Of a DNA stretch of 64,000 nt, positions 1 to 11,158 are shown piece after piece. Under the pieces are notes generated by a model that saw only the letters and a list, made by a program, of their open reading frames with translations, ran no database searches and was not told the DNA's origin. This DNA comes from Candidatus Velthaea sp. (GTDB taxonomy: Bacteria > Vulcanimicrobiota > Vulcanimicrobiia > Vulcanimicrobiales > Vulcanimicrobiaceae), in the NCBI GenBank assembly GCA_965214935.1, contig CBDCCS010000022.1, positions 128,001-192,000 of the forward strand. Reading direction: 5' to 3'. A program made the translations under genes and the position numbers. Within the stretch, counting starts at the first letter, position 1; every line of letters begins with the position of its first letter.

Positions 1-129
1 ATTTCGTTTTACGATGGCGAGCATGCGTTTATGCGCGATGAAGGCGAACGCTGGAACGCCAGCGAGACCGATCGCGCATATTCCGCCGCGGTCGACTTCT
101 TGCGCGAAACGCTCGATCCGGTCGGCTAA
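1..129 (+). CDS. C-terminal fragment of a dienelactone hydrolase-family protein (partial, runs off window edge)
   Basis: Frame 1 reads ISFYDGEHAFMRDEGERWNASETDRAYSAAVDFLRETLDPVG*; HAFMRDEG resembles the catalytic-His motif of the DLH family. Confidence 0.6.
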   Translation: MSFYDGEHAFMRDEGERWNASETDRAYSAAVDFLRETLDPVG

Positions 130-143
130 CGTCCGGCATAGCG

Positions 144-476
144 ATGCCCGATGACGATCGGCGTTTAGTCTACTCGACCGACGATTCGCTTCCGCTTCCG
201 AAACGCGAGAAGCGCAAAGCTGCGGCGCCGCCGAACGCGTTACCCAACGACGGCATCGTGCGCGTACTGCGCGAGAAACGCCGCGCAAGCTCCGTGACGA
301 TCGTGCATGGCGTTCCATCCGCCGACGTCGATCGAATCGGCAAGGAGTTGCGCCGGCTCTGCGGCACGGGCGGGACTACTAAGAACGGCACCATCGAGTT
401 GCAAGGCGATCATCGCGACACGGTCGTGGCGTATCTCAGCGCGCAAGGCCTTCGCGTCAAGCGCGCCGGCGGGTAG
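144..476 (+). CDS. yciH: SUI1/eIF1-like translation initiation factor (YciH)
   Basis: LVYSTD N-terminus; KELRRLCGTGGTTKNGTIELQGDHRD SUI1 motif. Confidence 0.88.
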   Translation: MPDDDRRLVYSTDDSLPLPKREKRKAAAPPNALPNDGIVRVLREKRRASSVTIVHGVPSADVDRIGKELRRLCGTGGTTKNGTIELQGDHRDTVVAYLSAQGLRVKRAGG

Positions 477-493
477 GCGGCGATCGGCTCGCG

Positions 494-1456
494 CTACGGC
501 AGCGCGGCACCCCGCGCGTGAACGTAGAGCGCGTAAACGGACGTTCCGGCCGTCATGAACAGCCGATTCTTCTGCCGGCCGCCGAAGACGAGATTGGCGC
601 AGCCTTCCGGCAAGTGAATTTTGCCGATTAGATCGCCGCCGGGCGTGTAACACCGCACGCCGTCCTCCTCGGGCGCGCCCCAGCCCATGCTGGCCCAGAC
701 ATTGCCGTCGCTGTCGATCCGGATGCCGTCGGTTAGACCAGGCGCAAAATCTTCGGCAAATATGCGCCCATTGCGCACGGCCGCGCCGTGGACGTCAAAG
801 ACCCGAATATGCGCCGGTCCACCGTGCGTGATGCCGCTATCGACGATATAGAGCTGCGACTCGTCGGGTGAAAACGCCAGGCCGTTCGGACGGACGAAGT
901 CGTCCGCAACGATCGTTGCTTTGCCGCCGATCGGGTCGATCCGATAGACGCGCACCGGCAACTCGAATTCGCTTTCAAAACCTTCGTAGTCGCTGAGGAT
1001 ACCGTAACCCGGATCGGTGAACCATATAGCGCCGTCCGCGGCGACGACGACGTCATTGGGTGCGCATAAGCGCTTACCGTCGAAGCGATCGAGCAGCACG
1101 CTGATGGACCCGTTATGTTCGGTGCGGGTGACGCGCCGCGCACCGTGCTCGCAGGTGACGAGGCGACCTTCTCGATCGCGCGTGTTGCCGTTCGCATGTT
1201 GCGAGGGTGACCGGAAGACGCTGACATGACCGTCTTCTTCAAGCCAGCGCATCATGCGATTGTTGGGGATATCGCTCCAAACGAGATAGCCGCCGTCGGG
1301 AAAGTACGCCGGCCCTTCCGCCCAGCGGTACCCGGTTGCAATGCGCTCTATCGCCGCGTTGCCGATCTTGTGCTTAAAACGCGGGTCGAGCTTCTCAACG
1401 AACGGATTGGGATAGCGCGACCCGGTCAGCGTCCCTAATGGAAGATTCGTACTCAC
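494..1456 (-). CDS. SMP-30/gluconolactonase/LRE family protein
   Basis: WAEGPAYF, WSDIPNNR, NGNTRD, PNDVVV, PNGLAFSPDE and DGIRIDSDG motifs; start placed at GTG 1456 (ORF open to 1570). Confidence 0.88.
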   Translation of the reverse strand: MSTNLPLGTLTGSRYPNPFVEKLDPRFKHKIGNAAIERIATGYRWAEGPAYFPDGGYLVWSDIPNNRMMRWLEEDGHVSVFRSPSQHANGNTRDREGRLVTCEHGARRVTRTEHNGSISVLLDRFDGKRLCAPNDVVVAADGAIWFTDPGYGILSDYEGFESEFELPVRVYRIDPIGGKATIVADDFVRPNGLAFSPDESQLYIVDSGITHGGPAHIRVFDVHGAAVRNGRIFAEDFAPGLTDGIRIDSDGNVWASMGWGAPEEDGVRCYTPGGDLIGKIHLPEGCANLVFGGRQKNRLFMTAGTSVYALYVHARGAALP

Positions 1457-1614
1457 GGAACGTGGCGTTCGCCGAACCGGCTCAGGACACCGCGCCGGAC
1501 CGACATCCCGGTTGATAGATGCGTTCTCGTATGGCAGATGCCGTTTCGGTCGAGGATGCGGATGATGCAACGGCTGTCACTCGGCGCTCCGAAGCGCACC
1601 GCTTCATTGTCAAT

Positions 1615-1824
1615 TTACCAATGATGAGGCTGAAGGTATTCGTGCATTCTGCGCCCTGCCAGCAGAGCAAAGCTAACAATTGCCACGAACATCGAAATCG
1701 AATACATCTGCCGAGTTCGTGCAGACCGGGCCAGGAGTTTGCTAGTGGCCACGACCATGCGTAGCAGATAGATTCCGAGCAGCAGAACGCTGCTCGCGAC
1801 GATCGCGGAGAGAAATGAAACCAC
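1615..1824 (-). CDS. small two-TM membrane protein, hypothetical
   Basis: GTG start with AAAGGA upstream; two hydrophobic segments. Confidence 0.5.
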   Translation of the reverse strand: MVSFLSAIVASSVLLLGIYLLRMVVATSKLLARSARTRQMYSISMFVAIVSFALLAGRRMHEYLQPHHW

Positions 1825-2015
1825 GTTGCCGTTGTCCTTTTGCGAGTACGGAGCGCGCGTCACAGACGAGGCGACCGATTGCGGCGCAGGCCTGACAGTT
1901 ACCGGCATTCCGCCCGCTTGGTATCGTAATCGTCGGGCGTTGAAAACCGCTGTATCCCGGATTCGCCAAACGACGTGCTTGCGTTAAGCAAACCCGGGAT
2001 GCGCGTTGTTTCCGT

Positions 2016-3245
2016 TTACGCCGTAAGCGGTGCGAGCTCGCGGTCGACTTCGCCTTTTAGGCCTGCGGACGCCCGCAGCATCTCGGCTTTGTCGACCTTT
2101 TCCCACGGCAAATCGAGATCCGGACGACCGAAGTGGCCGTATGCAGCGGTCTGCAGATAGATCGGACGGCGCAGCGTGAGATTATGGATGATTGCCGCCG
2201 GCCGCAAATCGAAATGATCGCGCACCAGATCGGCAATCCGTGCTTCGTCGATCGTGTTGGTGCCGAACGTTTCAACGAAGACCGAAACCGGGTGCGCAAC
2301 GCCGATCGCATACGCAACTTGCACTTCGCACCGCGTAGCGAGGCCCGCAGCAACAACGTTTTTGGCGACGTAGCGTGCAGCATACGCCGCCGAGCGGTCG
2401 ACTTTGGTCGGGTCCTTACCCGAAAACGCACCGCCGCCGTGCCGTGCCATTCCGCCATAGGTATCGGCGATAATTTTGCGGCCGGTCAGTCCGGCGTCGC
2501 CCTTGGGACCACCGGTCACGAACCGGCCGGTCGGATTGACGAAGACCCGCAACTTATTGTCGCGTAGCCCGCGCGGGATCACCTGATCGATGATCCCCTC
2601 GGTGACCTCGCGCCGGATGACTTCGAGCGGGACATCCGGATCGTGCTGGGTCGAGATAACGACGGTATCGACACGGACAGGCCGGTCGCCGTCATACTCG
2701 ACGGTTACTTGCGATTTGCCGTCCGGCCGCAAATAGCGAATGTCACCATTCTTGCGCGTCGATGCAAGGAGCCGGGTTAAATCGTGCGCGAGGACAATCG
2801 GCAAAGGCATGAGCGAGCTGGTCTCGCGGCACGCGTACCCGAACATCATGCCTTGATCGCCGGCCCCGGTCAGCTCGAATTCGTCACTGCCGCCGGTCGA
2901 CTTTACTTCGAGCGAACGATCGACGCCCATCGCAATATCGGGCGACTGTTCGTCGATCGAAACACTGACGCCGCATGTTTCGGCATCGAATCCGACGGCC
3001 GATTTCGTGTAGCCGATATCGGCGATCGTCTTGCGAACGATCTTTGGAATGTCGATGTACGTCGTCGTCGTCACTTCACCGGCAATGTGAATCTGGCCGG
3101 TGATCGCGAACGTCTCGACGGCCACGCGGCCGGCTGGATCGTCGGTGAGTATGGCATCGAGAACGGCATCCGAAATCTGGTCGGCCACCTTATCGGGGTG
3201 GCCCTCCGTTACCGACTCCGATGTAAATAGCCGGCGTAGCGCCAA
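2016..3245 (-). CDS. metK: S-adenosylmethionine synthetase
   Basis: [35 protein letters not shown] motifs; TTG start immediately after the ahcY stop. Confidence 0.98.
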   Translation of the reverse strand: MALRRLFTSESVTEGHPDKVADQISDAVLDAILTDDPAGRVAVETFAITGQIHIAGEVTTTTYIDIPKIVRKTIADIGYTKSAVGFDAETCGVSVSIDEQSPDIAMGVDRSLEVKSTGGSDEFELTGAGDQGMMFGYACRETSSLMPLPIVLAHDLTRLLASTRKNGDIRYLRPDGKSQVTVEYDGDRPVRVDTVVISTQHDPDVPLEVIRREVTEGIIDQVIPRGLRDNKLRVFVNPTGRFVTGGPKGDAGLTGRKIIADTYGGMARHGGGAFSGKDPTKVDRSAAYAARYVAKNVVAAGLATRCEVQVAYAIGVAHPVSVFVETFGTNTIDEARIADLVRDHFDLRPAAIIHNLTLRRPIYLQTAAYGHFGRPDLDLPWEKVDKAEMLRASAGLKGEVDRELAPLTA

Positions 3246-4529
<1,284 letters not shown>

Positions 4530-4691
4530 CTAATGTGCGGGGAAGTTGGTGCGGCCGCTGATCTTTGAAACAATCTTAAAACGGACGTCTGCACGTTCGA
4601 CGCATTGGGGTGAGCACCCGTTTCGGGCAAAGTGACAAAGGTCAAGCTTCAGCCGAAGGCCGTTTTGCCGCGCAACCCGTAGCCGTCGGCC

Positions 4692-5303
4692 GTGCTTGAT
4701 TTGAAAGCGTATTTAAACGGCCTTGCCTCAGCTGAGCCGACGCCCGGCGGCGGCAGCGCGGCGGCACTCGTCGGTGCCTTGGGAGCCGCACTCGTTGCAA
4801 TGGTTGCCCGCATCACGCTGGGCAGCGACCGGCATCGCGCGGTGCACGCGCAAGCCGTGCTGCTGGTCGGCGCAGCCGACGGCCTGCGTTCGCAATTCGT
4901 TCAAGCGCGAATCCGCGATGAAGCCGCATACCGCGCGGTCGTCACAGCGCAAGGGCTCGCGCGCACGACCGAAGCCGACAAGGCGTTGCGCGGCGAGCAG
5001 CTGCAACAGGCGTTGATCGGTGCGGCCGAAGCGCCGCTGCAGGTCGCGCAAAGCGCAGTCGAGCTGTTCGACATGTGCGAACGGGCCGCAGGCTTGCACA
5101 ATGCTCAGCTCATGAGCGATGTTGCGTGTGCGATCGCGTTTGCCCGCGCCGCCTTCGACGCCTCGGCCGCGAACGTTCGAATCAATCACCGGTTCATCAA
5201 AGCCCCGCACATCATAGCGTTGCAAAGCGAGCGGCTTGCGACCGCATTACACGCCGCCGAAAGCGGCGAACGGCGCGCCCGAACCATCGTCGAGGAGCTG
5301 TAA
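4692..5303 (+). CDS. formiminotransferase-cyclodeaminase / cyclohydrolase family protein (FTCD_C)
   Basis: LASAEPTPGGGSAAALVGALGAALVAMVARIT, SDV and ANVRIN motifs. Confidence 0.85.
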   Translation: MLDLKAYLNGLASAEPTPGGGSAAALVGALGAALVAMVARITLGSDRHRAVHAQAVLLVGAADGLRSQFVQARIRDEAAYRAVVTAQGLARTTEADKALRGEQLQQALIGAAEAPLQVAQSAVELFDMCERAAGLHNAQLMSDVACAIAFARAAFDASAANVRINHRFIKAPHIIALQSERLATALHAAESGERRARTIVEEL

Positions 5304-5400
5304 GCTCGAACAACGCGCGCACGGCGCACCGAATGGCGCGAGGATTCGCCGCACGCCCGGTCCATCTTAGTGCCTTGCACGACGATACAAGGAGGGCGAC

Positions 5401-6810
5401 TTGGCAGCACTTCTCGGCCGCATCAAGCCGATTCACACCATTCTCGAGCAAAGCGCGGCCGAACACACGGATAAGGCGCTCAAGAAAACTCTTGGTGTCT
5501 GGGGACTGACGGCGCTGGGCATCGGGGCGATCATCGGTACCGGTATTTTCGTGCTGACCGGCAAGGCGGCCGCGCTTAATGCCGGCCCGGCCATCGTCTT
5601 GTCGTTCGTGGTCGCCGGAATAATCAGCGCGCTTGCGGCGCTTTGTTATGCCGAGCTTGCCTCGAGCGTCCCGGTTTCCGGCAGCGCATACACGTACGTC
5701 TATGCAACGCTCGGCGAATTTATCGCGTGGATTGTCGGCTGGGGACTTATCTTAGAGTACGCGCTGGGTGCTGCGACCGTTGCGATCGGCTGGTCCGGCT
5801 ACTTTTCCGATTTTTTGTCGGCAACGTTCGGGGTAGCGATTCCTAAAGCGCTCGCTGCCAATCCGTTCGACGGCGGGATCGTCAACTTGCCTGCCGCACT
5901 CATTATTTTGCTGATCACCGCACTGCTTATGCGCGGGACGAACGAAAGCGTAACGGTCAACAAGATCATCGTCGCCGTGAAGCTGCTTGTCGTCTTCTTT
6001 TTCATCGCGATCGGTGTCGGCCATGTCAATCCGGCGAATTGGCATCCGTTTGCGCCGTTCGGTTTTAACGGGATCATCAACGGTGCCGGACTGGTTTTCT
6101 TTGCGTATATCGGTTTCGACGCCGTTTCGACGTCGGCCGAAGAAGTGAAAAATCCGGGCCGCGATTTGCCGCGCGGAATTATCGGCAGCTTAGCGGTTTG
6201 CACGCTCCTGTATATTATCGTTTCCGCCGTTCTGACCGGAATTATTTCCTACAAACGGCTCAACGTGCCGTCACCCGTGTCGTATTCGCTCATCCAGATC
6301 GGGCTCGGCTGGGCGGGTGCGATCGTTGCCGTCGGCGCGATCGCCGGTCTAACGACCGTCTTGCTCGTGTTGCTCTACGGTCAAAGCCGCGTTTTCTTCG
6401 CAATGTCGCGCGATGGATTGATACCCGGCATTTTCTCGCACGTCCACCCGAAGTTTCGCACGCCGTATCTTTCGTCGCTGACCATCGGCACGATCGTGGC
6501 CGCCGTTGCCGCGCTCGCACAACTCGATGTCGTCGCCAATCTGGTCAACATCGGAACGCTCGCGGCGTTCGCGCTGGTTTCAGTCGGCGTCATCGTGTTG
6601 CGAAGAACGCAGCCGGACCTCAAGCGAAGTTTTCGCGTCCCCTTCAGTCCGGTCGTGCCGGCGCTATCCGCGCTCGGTTCCGTTTATTTGATCACGCGCG
6701 GCCTGCCGCTACTGACCGTCGTCAGTTATCTTGCCTGGCTCGTCATCGGTCTGGTTATCTACTTTACGTACAGCCGCAAACGCAGTAAAGTCGCGACGGC
6801 AAACGATTGA
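5401..6810 (+). CDS. APC-family (cationic amino acid-type) permease
   Basis: GAIIGTGIF, CYAELASSVPVSGSAYTY, FFAYIGFDAVST motifs; about 12 TM segments; AAGGAGG SD. Confidence 0.93.
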   Translation: MAALLGRIKPIHTILEQSAAEHTDKALKKTLGVWGLTALGIGAIIGTGIFVLTGKAAALNAGPAIVLSFVVAGIISALAALCYAELASSVPVSGSAYTYVYATLGEFIAWIVGWGLILEYALGAATVAIGWSGYFSDFLSATFGVAIPKALAANPFDGGIVNLPAALIILLITALLMRGTNESVTVNKIIVAVKLLVVFFFIAIGVGHVNPANWHPFAPFGFNGIINGAGLVFFAYIGFDAVSTSAEEVKNPGRDLPRGIIGSLAVCTLLYIIVSAVLTGIISYKRLNVPSPVSYSLIQIGLGWAGAIVAVGAIAGLTTVLLVLLYGQSRVFFAMSRDGLIPGIFSHVHPKFRTPYLSSLTIGTIVAAVAALAQLDVVANLVNIGTLAAFALVSVGVIVLRRTQPDLKRSFRVPFSPVVPALSALGSVYLITRGLPLLTVVSYLAWLVIGLVIYFTYSRKRSKVATAND

Positions 6811-6821
6811 CTAGCGATGCG

Positions 6822-8312
6822 TTAGCGGAACGCCGTTCTGACGTACGTTGCAACCGCGCTGACTTGTTCGGCTGAAAGCACCGATGGGTAGAGCTTCGGC
6901 ATTGCGCCCGAAGGTTGCTCGATTTTGGCAATCGTTGCAGACAGCGTCAGGCGCCCGGCAATGCCGCGTAGATCCGGTCCGACGCCGCCTTGTCCGCCGG
7001 CGGCATGACACGCTGCGCAATTCGTCGCGTAGAGCGGTGCACCACTGTCCGACGATGCAGCGATTGCGCTTGCCACGGGAGCAACGGCGCGCATGACGGG
7101 AGCCGCTGCTGCGCCCGGAAACGGACGGCGGATCCACGGACCTGCCCACGTAAGCTGATACCCCATGACGGGACGTTGACCGACGCTCGATACATTTTCG
7201 AGCGTCAGAATGAGATTGGGAATCGGATTGAACGCGACGTCGGTCACGTAATTATTTTGTTGCAGACCTAATCCGTCATTCGTTCGTTCGAAACGCCCAT
7301 CGAGATGCAGCCAGCTATTCGGATTAACGATTGCTTCGAGCGATACACCATTGCTCCCCGACGATCCGGCTCCGTCGAGCGGGTTATTGTCCTGTCCGAT
7401 GAGCGCCATCGCATTTATGCTATAAAAGGTCGATGTCGAGTATGAAAGTAACGCCATTTCCCGGGTGAAGCGATCGCGGCTACCCGACGGCAGCGGCGAC
7501 GTACCGGCGATCGTTGCAAAACCGCCCGTTACATGTGCGGCAGGCGCCAAAAATTGCAAAGAACCGACAAAGCTTTGACCTTCACCGCTGTCGCCGAAAA
7601 CGTTCCGGTAAGCACCTTCGATGGGACCGCTATTCGTGACGTAGGCGGCCGTCCCGATGAGCCCGCTGCGACCGATTTGCGTATACGACGCGCCCCAGCG
7701 GTTGTCGCCGAGGCCGACGGTGTTCAAACCGACAGGCATTGCTGCAAGCGAATAACCGGCTAGTGACAGCGACTGGCTCAGCCATGGCGCAAAAACCGGC
7801 GTTGGGAATTTACCCACCTGCACGCTCGCGTTGCCCGCCGAAAATCCGTTATACGCAGCCCAGACCTGGTCGACTGCGGCGGTCGGAAAACCGCGACTGA
7901 TGACCGGTACCGACGCATAGTACGAAACGGTCTGCCCGAGATAACCGCCGCCCAAAAAGCGGCCGCTACCGGCAACATTCGGCGTATTCGAAGGATTCGA
8001 GTTCGAGCCGTTACCGTCAACTTCAATCGAGAACGGATCGCGCAGGCTCTCTTGCATTTGTTGATGCGCGTTGAGTCCGCGCACGAAGTTCGTCCCCAGA
8101 ATGTAACGCCCGTACGCATTGAGGTTCGGCGGCGCGTTATGACACGTCTGGCAACTCACGCCGCCGCCGTTTGCAAAGACCGGAATCGCCTGCGCGGCGA
8201 CCGGATTACACGCAACAACGACCAGCGATGCGATGCAATACTTGGTCTGCCGGCGAACGTCGTCGAGAGATAGCGTTCGCAAACGGCGGACGACGCTGCG
8301 CACATTGACCAT
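6822..8312 (-). CDS. Cyc2-like cytochrome c-porin fusion with additional C-terminal cytochrome c domain (2 CxxCH)
   Basis: Signal-like segment, then AIPVFANGGGVSCQTCHNAPPNLNAYGR (Cyc2-type heme motif); G/S/aromatic-rich beta-barrel-like middle; Ala/Pro linker; LYATNCAACH...GVGPDL...GAMP class I cytochrome c. Confidence 0.75.
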   Translation of the reverse strand: MVNVRSVVRRLRTLSLDDVRRQTKYCIASLVVVACNPVAAQAIPVFANGGGVSCQTCHNAPPNLNAYGRYILGTNFVRGLNAHQQMQESLRDPFSIEVDGNGSNSNPSNTPNVAGSGRFLGGGYLGQTVSYYASVPVISRGFPTAAVDQVWAAYNGFSAGNASVQVGKFPTPVFAPWLSQSLSLAGYSLAAMPVGLNTVGLGDNRWGASYTQIGRSGLIGTAAYVTNSGPIEGAYRNVFGDSGEGQSFVGSLQFLAPAAHVTGGFATIAGTSPLPSGSRDRFTREMALLSYSTSTFYSINAMALIGQDNNPLDGAGSSGSNGVSLEAIVNPNSWLHLDGRFERTNDGLGLQQNNYVTDVAFNPIPNLILTLENVSSVGQRPVMGYQLTWAGPWIRRPFPGAAAAPVMRAVAPVASAIAASSDSGAPLYATNCAACHAAGGQGGVGPDLRGIAGRLTLSATIAKIEQPSGAMPKLYPSVLSAEQVSAVATYVRTAFR

Positions 8313-8623
8313 GGCAACCTCCGGTCGGGCCGAACGCGTGCGACATGGCGCCGCAGCGGCCCAGCTAAGTGTAGCCGATCGAGAATTACCTGTGTATCGT
8401 TAAAAACGCGGTGCTATCGTCCTACGTCCGGTCGGTCGGAACGCGCGTATGAGAGAGCGCACGACCTTGCTGGGGCCGATCAAGAACGCAGCGAATATCG
8501 TCGGCATCCGCGACCGTGCATTCGAGGTACGATCGCCGTGGTTAACGAGTCACGCTCCCGTCATGCGATGTGCCGCAGGCGCCACGTCAAGGCTGCTGCC
8601 GGGCAGGCGCGAAATCCCTGTGA

Positions 8624-9193
8624 ATGACGAGCGTAGCGCGCGAACGCGATGGCGGTGATGCGTTCTCCCGAATCAGCGGTATGCCGCCGGCGTATTTCGA
8701 GCGCTCGAAGGCGCATTATCCACGCAGCGACATGAGCGCGCTGCGCGTCTTCTTGGCCTTGCGGACCGCTGCACGGCGCGTTGATAACGCGGTCGGCAAC
8801 TGGCTCGACCGCAACGACATCACGCTCACGAAACTCGATGTCTTACATCTTTTGGCTTCGGCAGAACCCGGCGGTATGACCGTCGGTCAGCTCCGTGATT
8901 TCTTGCGCATGACTCAGCCCAATGTCACCTTTGTCATGCATGCACTCGAACGGGACAAGCTCGTCAAGCGTTCAGCCGATCCGGCCGATCGCCGCAGCTC
9001 GCTTTTCTTCGTTAGTAAGGCCGGTCGTGCGCGCATGGAAGAAGTCTCGGCCGATCATCTCGGAGCGATCGGTGCTGCGCTGCGGGCATTTGATGAGGCC
9101 GAACGCGACCGGTTTATCGCCATGCTGGCGACCATCGTCGAAAATTTCGAGGCGGTCGAGGCAGCACCGCCCGGTGACGACCCGGCTGTCTGA
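8624..9193 (+). CDS. MarR-family transcriptional regulator
   Basis: wHTH with TQPNVTFVMHALERDKLVKR and DPADRRS motifs. Confidence 0.85.
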   Translation: MTSVARERDGGDAFSRISGMPPAYFERSKAHYPRSDMSALRVFLALRTAARRVDNAVGNWLDRNDITLTKLDVLHLLASAEPGGMTVGQLRDFLRMTQPNVTFVMHALERDKLVKRSADPADRRSSLFFVSKAGRARMEEVSADHLGAIGAALRAFDEAERDRFIAMLATIVENFEAVEAAPPGDDPAV

Positions 9194-9205
9194 TCGTCCG
9201 GCGGG

Positions 9206-9250
9206 TTGACAAGGCACGGCGATCGCAGTAAATACTGCATAGATATCTAT
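9206..9250 (+). promoter_or_regulatory. sigma70-like promoter with overlapping palindromes (candidate MarR operator) for the MFS gene
   Basis: TTGACA 9206-9211, 17 bp spacer, TAAATA; inverted repeat GCAGTA-AA-TACTGC (9225-9238) and perfect palindrome ATAGATATCTAT (9239-9250). Confidence 0.55.
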
Positions 9251-9271
9251 ATAGAGCCTTATTGAGGTCGA

Positions 9272-10801
9272 ATGGCAGTCGCCGCTTTTCCGCGCCGGTA
9301 CGAAACGATCGAGTATGGGTCTCGCCGCTGGCTTATCGCATTCGGCATTGCGCTTGCGCCGTTGCTCGAGACGGTAGATAGTTCGATCGTTAATGTTGCA
9401 TTGCCGGCGATTCGCGGCAATCTCGGCGCTTCGCTTGACGAGGCGACCTTTATCATCACCGGTTATCTGACCGCCAATGTCGTCGTCATCCCCCTGACGC
9501 CATGGTTCGCCGAACGCTTTGGCCGCCACCAATACCTCGCATTCTCGATCTTTGGTTTTACTGTTGCATCAATGCTTTGCGGTTTCGCACCGAACATTGA
9601 ATCGCTCGTCTTGTTGCGCGTCGTGCAAGGCTTTTTTGGGGGCGGCTTAATTGCAACGACGCAGGCCGCGCTACGCGATCTTTTCCCGCCCGAACAAGCC
9701 AACGTCGGCCAAGCAATTTTCGGCGTGGTCATCGCGACCGGTCCGATTCTCGGGCCGCTTTGCGGTGGGATCATCGTCGATGCGCTCAGCTGGCCGTGGA
9801 TCTTCTATGTCAACCTTATTCCCGGCGCGATATCGGGCTTCGTTGCCCTGACAATGTTAAAAAGTCCGCGCGACCCGCAGCCGCTGCGTCTCGATCTTCC
9901 GGGCATCGCCCTATTAGCGCTGGGTATCGGCGCACTACAGTACCTGCTCGACGAGGGCGAACGCAAAGATTGGTTCAGCAGCGAAATCATCATGCGAGCC
10001 GCGGCGCTCGCGCTCGTAGGTTTACTCGCCTTTTTCGTCGTCTCGCTGCGCACAAAGAATCCGATCGTCGACGTCCGGGCGCTTCGCGATCGCTCGGTGT
10101 GGTCAGGCTGCATTCTTGCAGCCGGCTTCGGCACGACGCTAATCGGATTGAACTTCATGCTGCCGCAATATCTACAAGATTCACTCGCGTTTACGCCGAC
10201 CTTGAGCGGGCAGTTCATTCTCTTTCGCGGACTTCCGATCGTGCTACTTGCTCCGGCGATCTGTGCCGCGCTCGGCGCGAATCGCTTCGATCCGCGTTTG
10301 CTCATCGCTTTCGGCTTCGTAGCGACCGGGGTCGGCACCGGCTGGCTCGGGACGCTCGTGACAAGTCACAGCGATTTTGGAAATCTCGTCTGGCCGCTCG
10401 TCTTGGCCGGGATCGGTACGGCGTTTCTCATCATCCCGCTCTTAACCGTCGTGATCGCGAGCGTCACCGACGCGATGGCACCGAAAGCGAGCGCGTTTAT
10501 CACCCTTTCGATTCAACTGGGCGGATCGATCTCGAGCGCACTCGTGGTTACCATTCTCGATCAGCGCCAAAACTTTCACGTCGCCGTCGCAGCAGCAAAT
10601 GTCACGCTTCGGCAACGTTCGATCGTCCACGATCCCTCGACGGCTAGCGCGCTCAGCGCGGAAATTCAGCGTCAAGCGACGGTGTTGTCATATGCCGACA
10701 TTACGTACTTAGTCGCAGCGGTCGCCTTTGTTCTCGTTCCATGCGTCTTCATCGTCCGGCGCCCACCAAGAGGCAAACCGATCGGAGCCGCAGCCGAATG
10801 A
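9272..10801 (+). CDS. DHA2/EmrB-family MFS efflux permease
   Basis: ETVDSSIVNVALP, GPILGPLCGG, WPWIFYVNLIPG, LDEGERKDWF motifs; about 14 TM segments. Confidence 0.92.
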   Translation: MAVAAFPRRYETIEYGSRRWLIAFGIALAPLLETVDSSIVNVALPAIRGNLGASLDEATFIITGYLTANVVVIPLTPWFAERFGRHQYLAFSIFGFTVASMLCGFAPNIESLVLLRVVQGFFGGGLIATTQAALRDLFPPEQANVGQAIFGVVIATGPILGPLCGGIIVDALSWPWIFYVNLIPGAISGFVALTMLKSPRDPQPLRLDLPGIALLALGIGALQYLLDEGERKDWFSSEIIMRAAALALVGLLAFFVVSLRTKNPIVDVRALRDRSVWSGCILAAGFGTTLIGLNFMLPQYLQDSLAFTPTLSGQFILFRGLPIVLLAPAICAALGANRFDPRLLIAFGFVATGVGTGWLGTLVTSHSDFGNLVWPLVLAGIGTAFLIIPLLTVVIASVTDAMAPKASAFITLSIQLGGSISSALVVTILDQRQNFHVAVAAANVTLRQRSIVHDPSTASALSAEIQRQATVLSYADITYLVAAVAFVLVPCVFIVRRPPRGKPIGAAAE

Positions 10802-11121
10802 ACGGCCTGCCGTGCCGGCTTGCCAACGGCGGCCAAGCCGACTGCGAAGCATGTGCAGCGCACGCGCGATTTCTCGCCGACCTCGTTGCGATCGGCGAAC
10901 GGTCGTCGCCGGCTGCCCGCGAGCTCGATCCGCTGCTGCTCGACGTCTTGCACGCCGAGCCGGACGCGCAAGATTGGCTTACCGTCTACCGTATCGTGCA
11001 AGACGCAGTGTTCGCCTCGACAGCGGGCGCGGACGAAGCACGCTTGCGACTGGCGCAATTCCTAGAAGAAAACAACGATTTGGCCGTCGCTGCGATGCAT
11101 CGATCGCCGGCGCTACGCTAG
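10798..11121 (+). CDS. hypothetical protein with N-terminal Cys/His cluster
   Basis: ATGA overlap with the MFS stop; MNGLPCRLANGGQADCEACAAH... Confidence 0.55.
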   Translation: MNGLPCRLANGGQADCEACAAHARFLADLVAIGERSSPAARELDPLLLDVLHAEPDAQDWLTVYRIVQDAVFASTAGADEARLRLAQFLEENNDLAVAAMHRSPALR

Positions 11122-11158
11122 AGGAAAGCCCGGGAGATCGAACCTCCCAGGCTCATAT

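Noticed and set aside
10840..10865. c-type heme motif in the 10798 ORF
   Set aside because: The sequence is CEACAAH, not CxxCH, and there is no export signal
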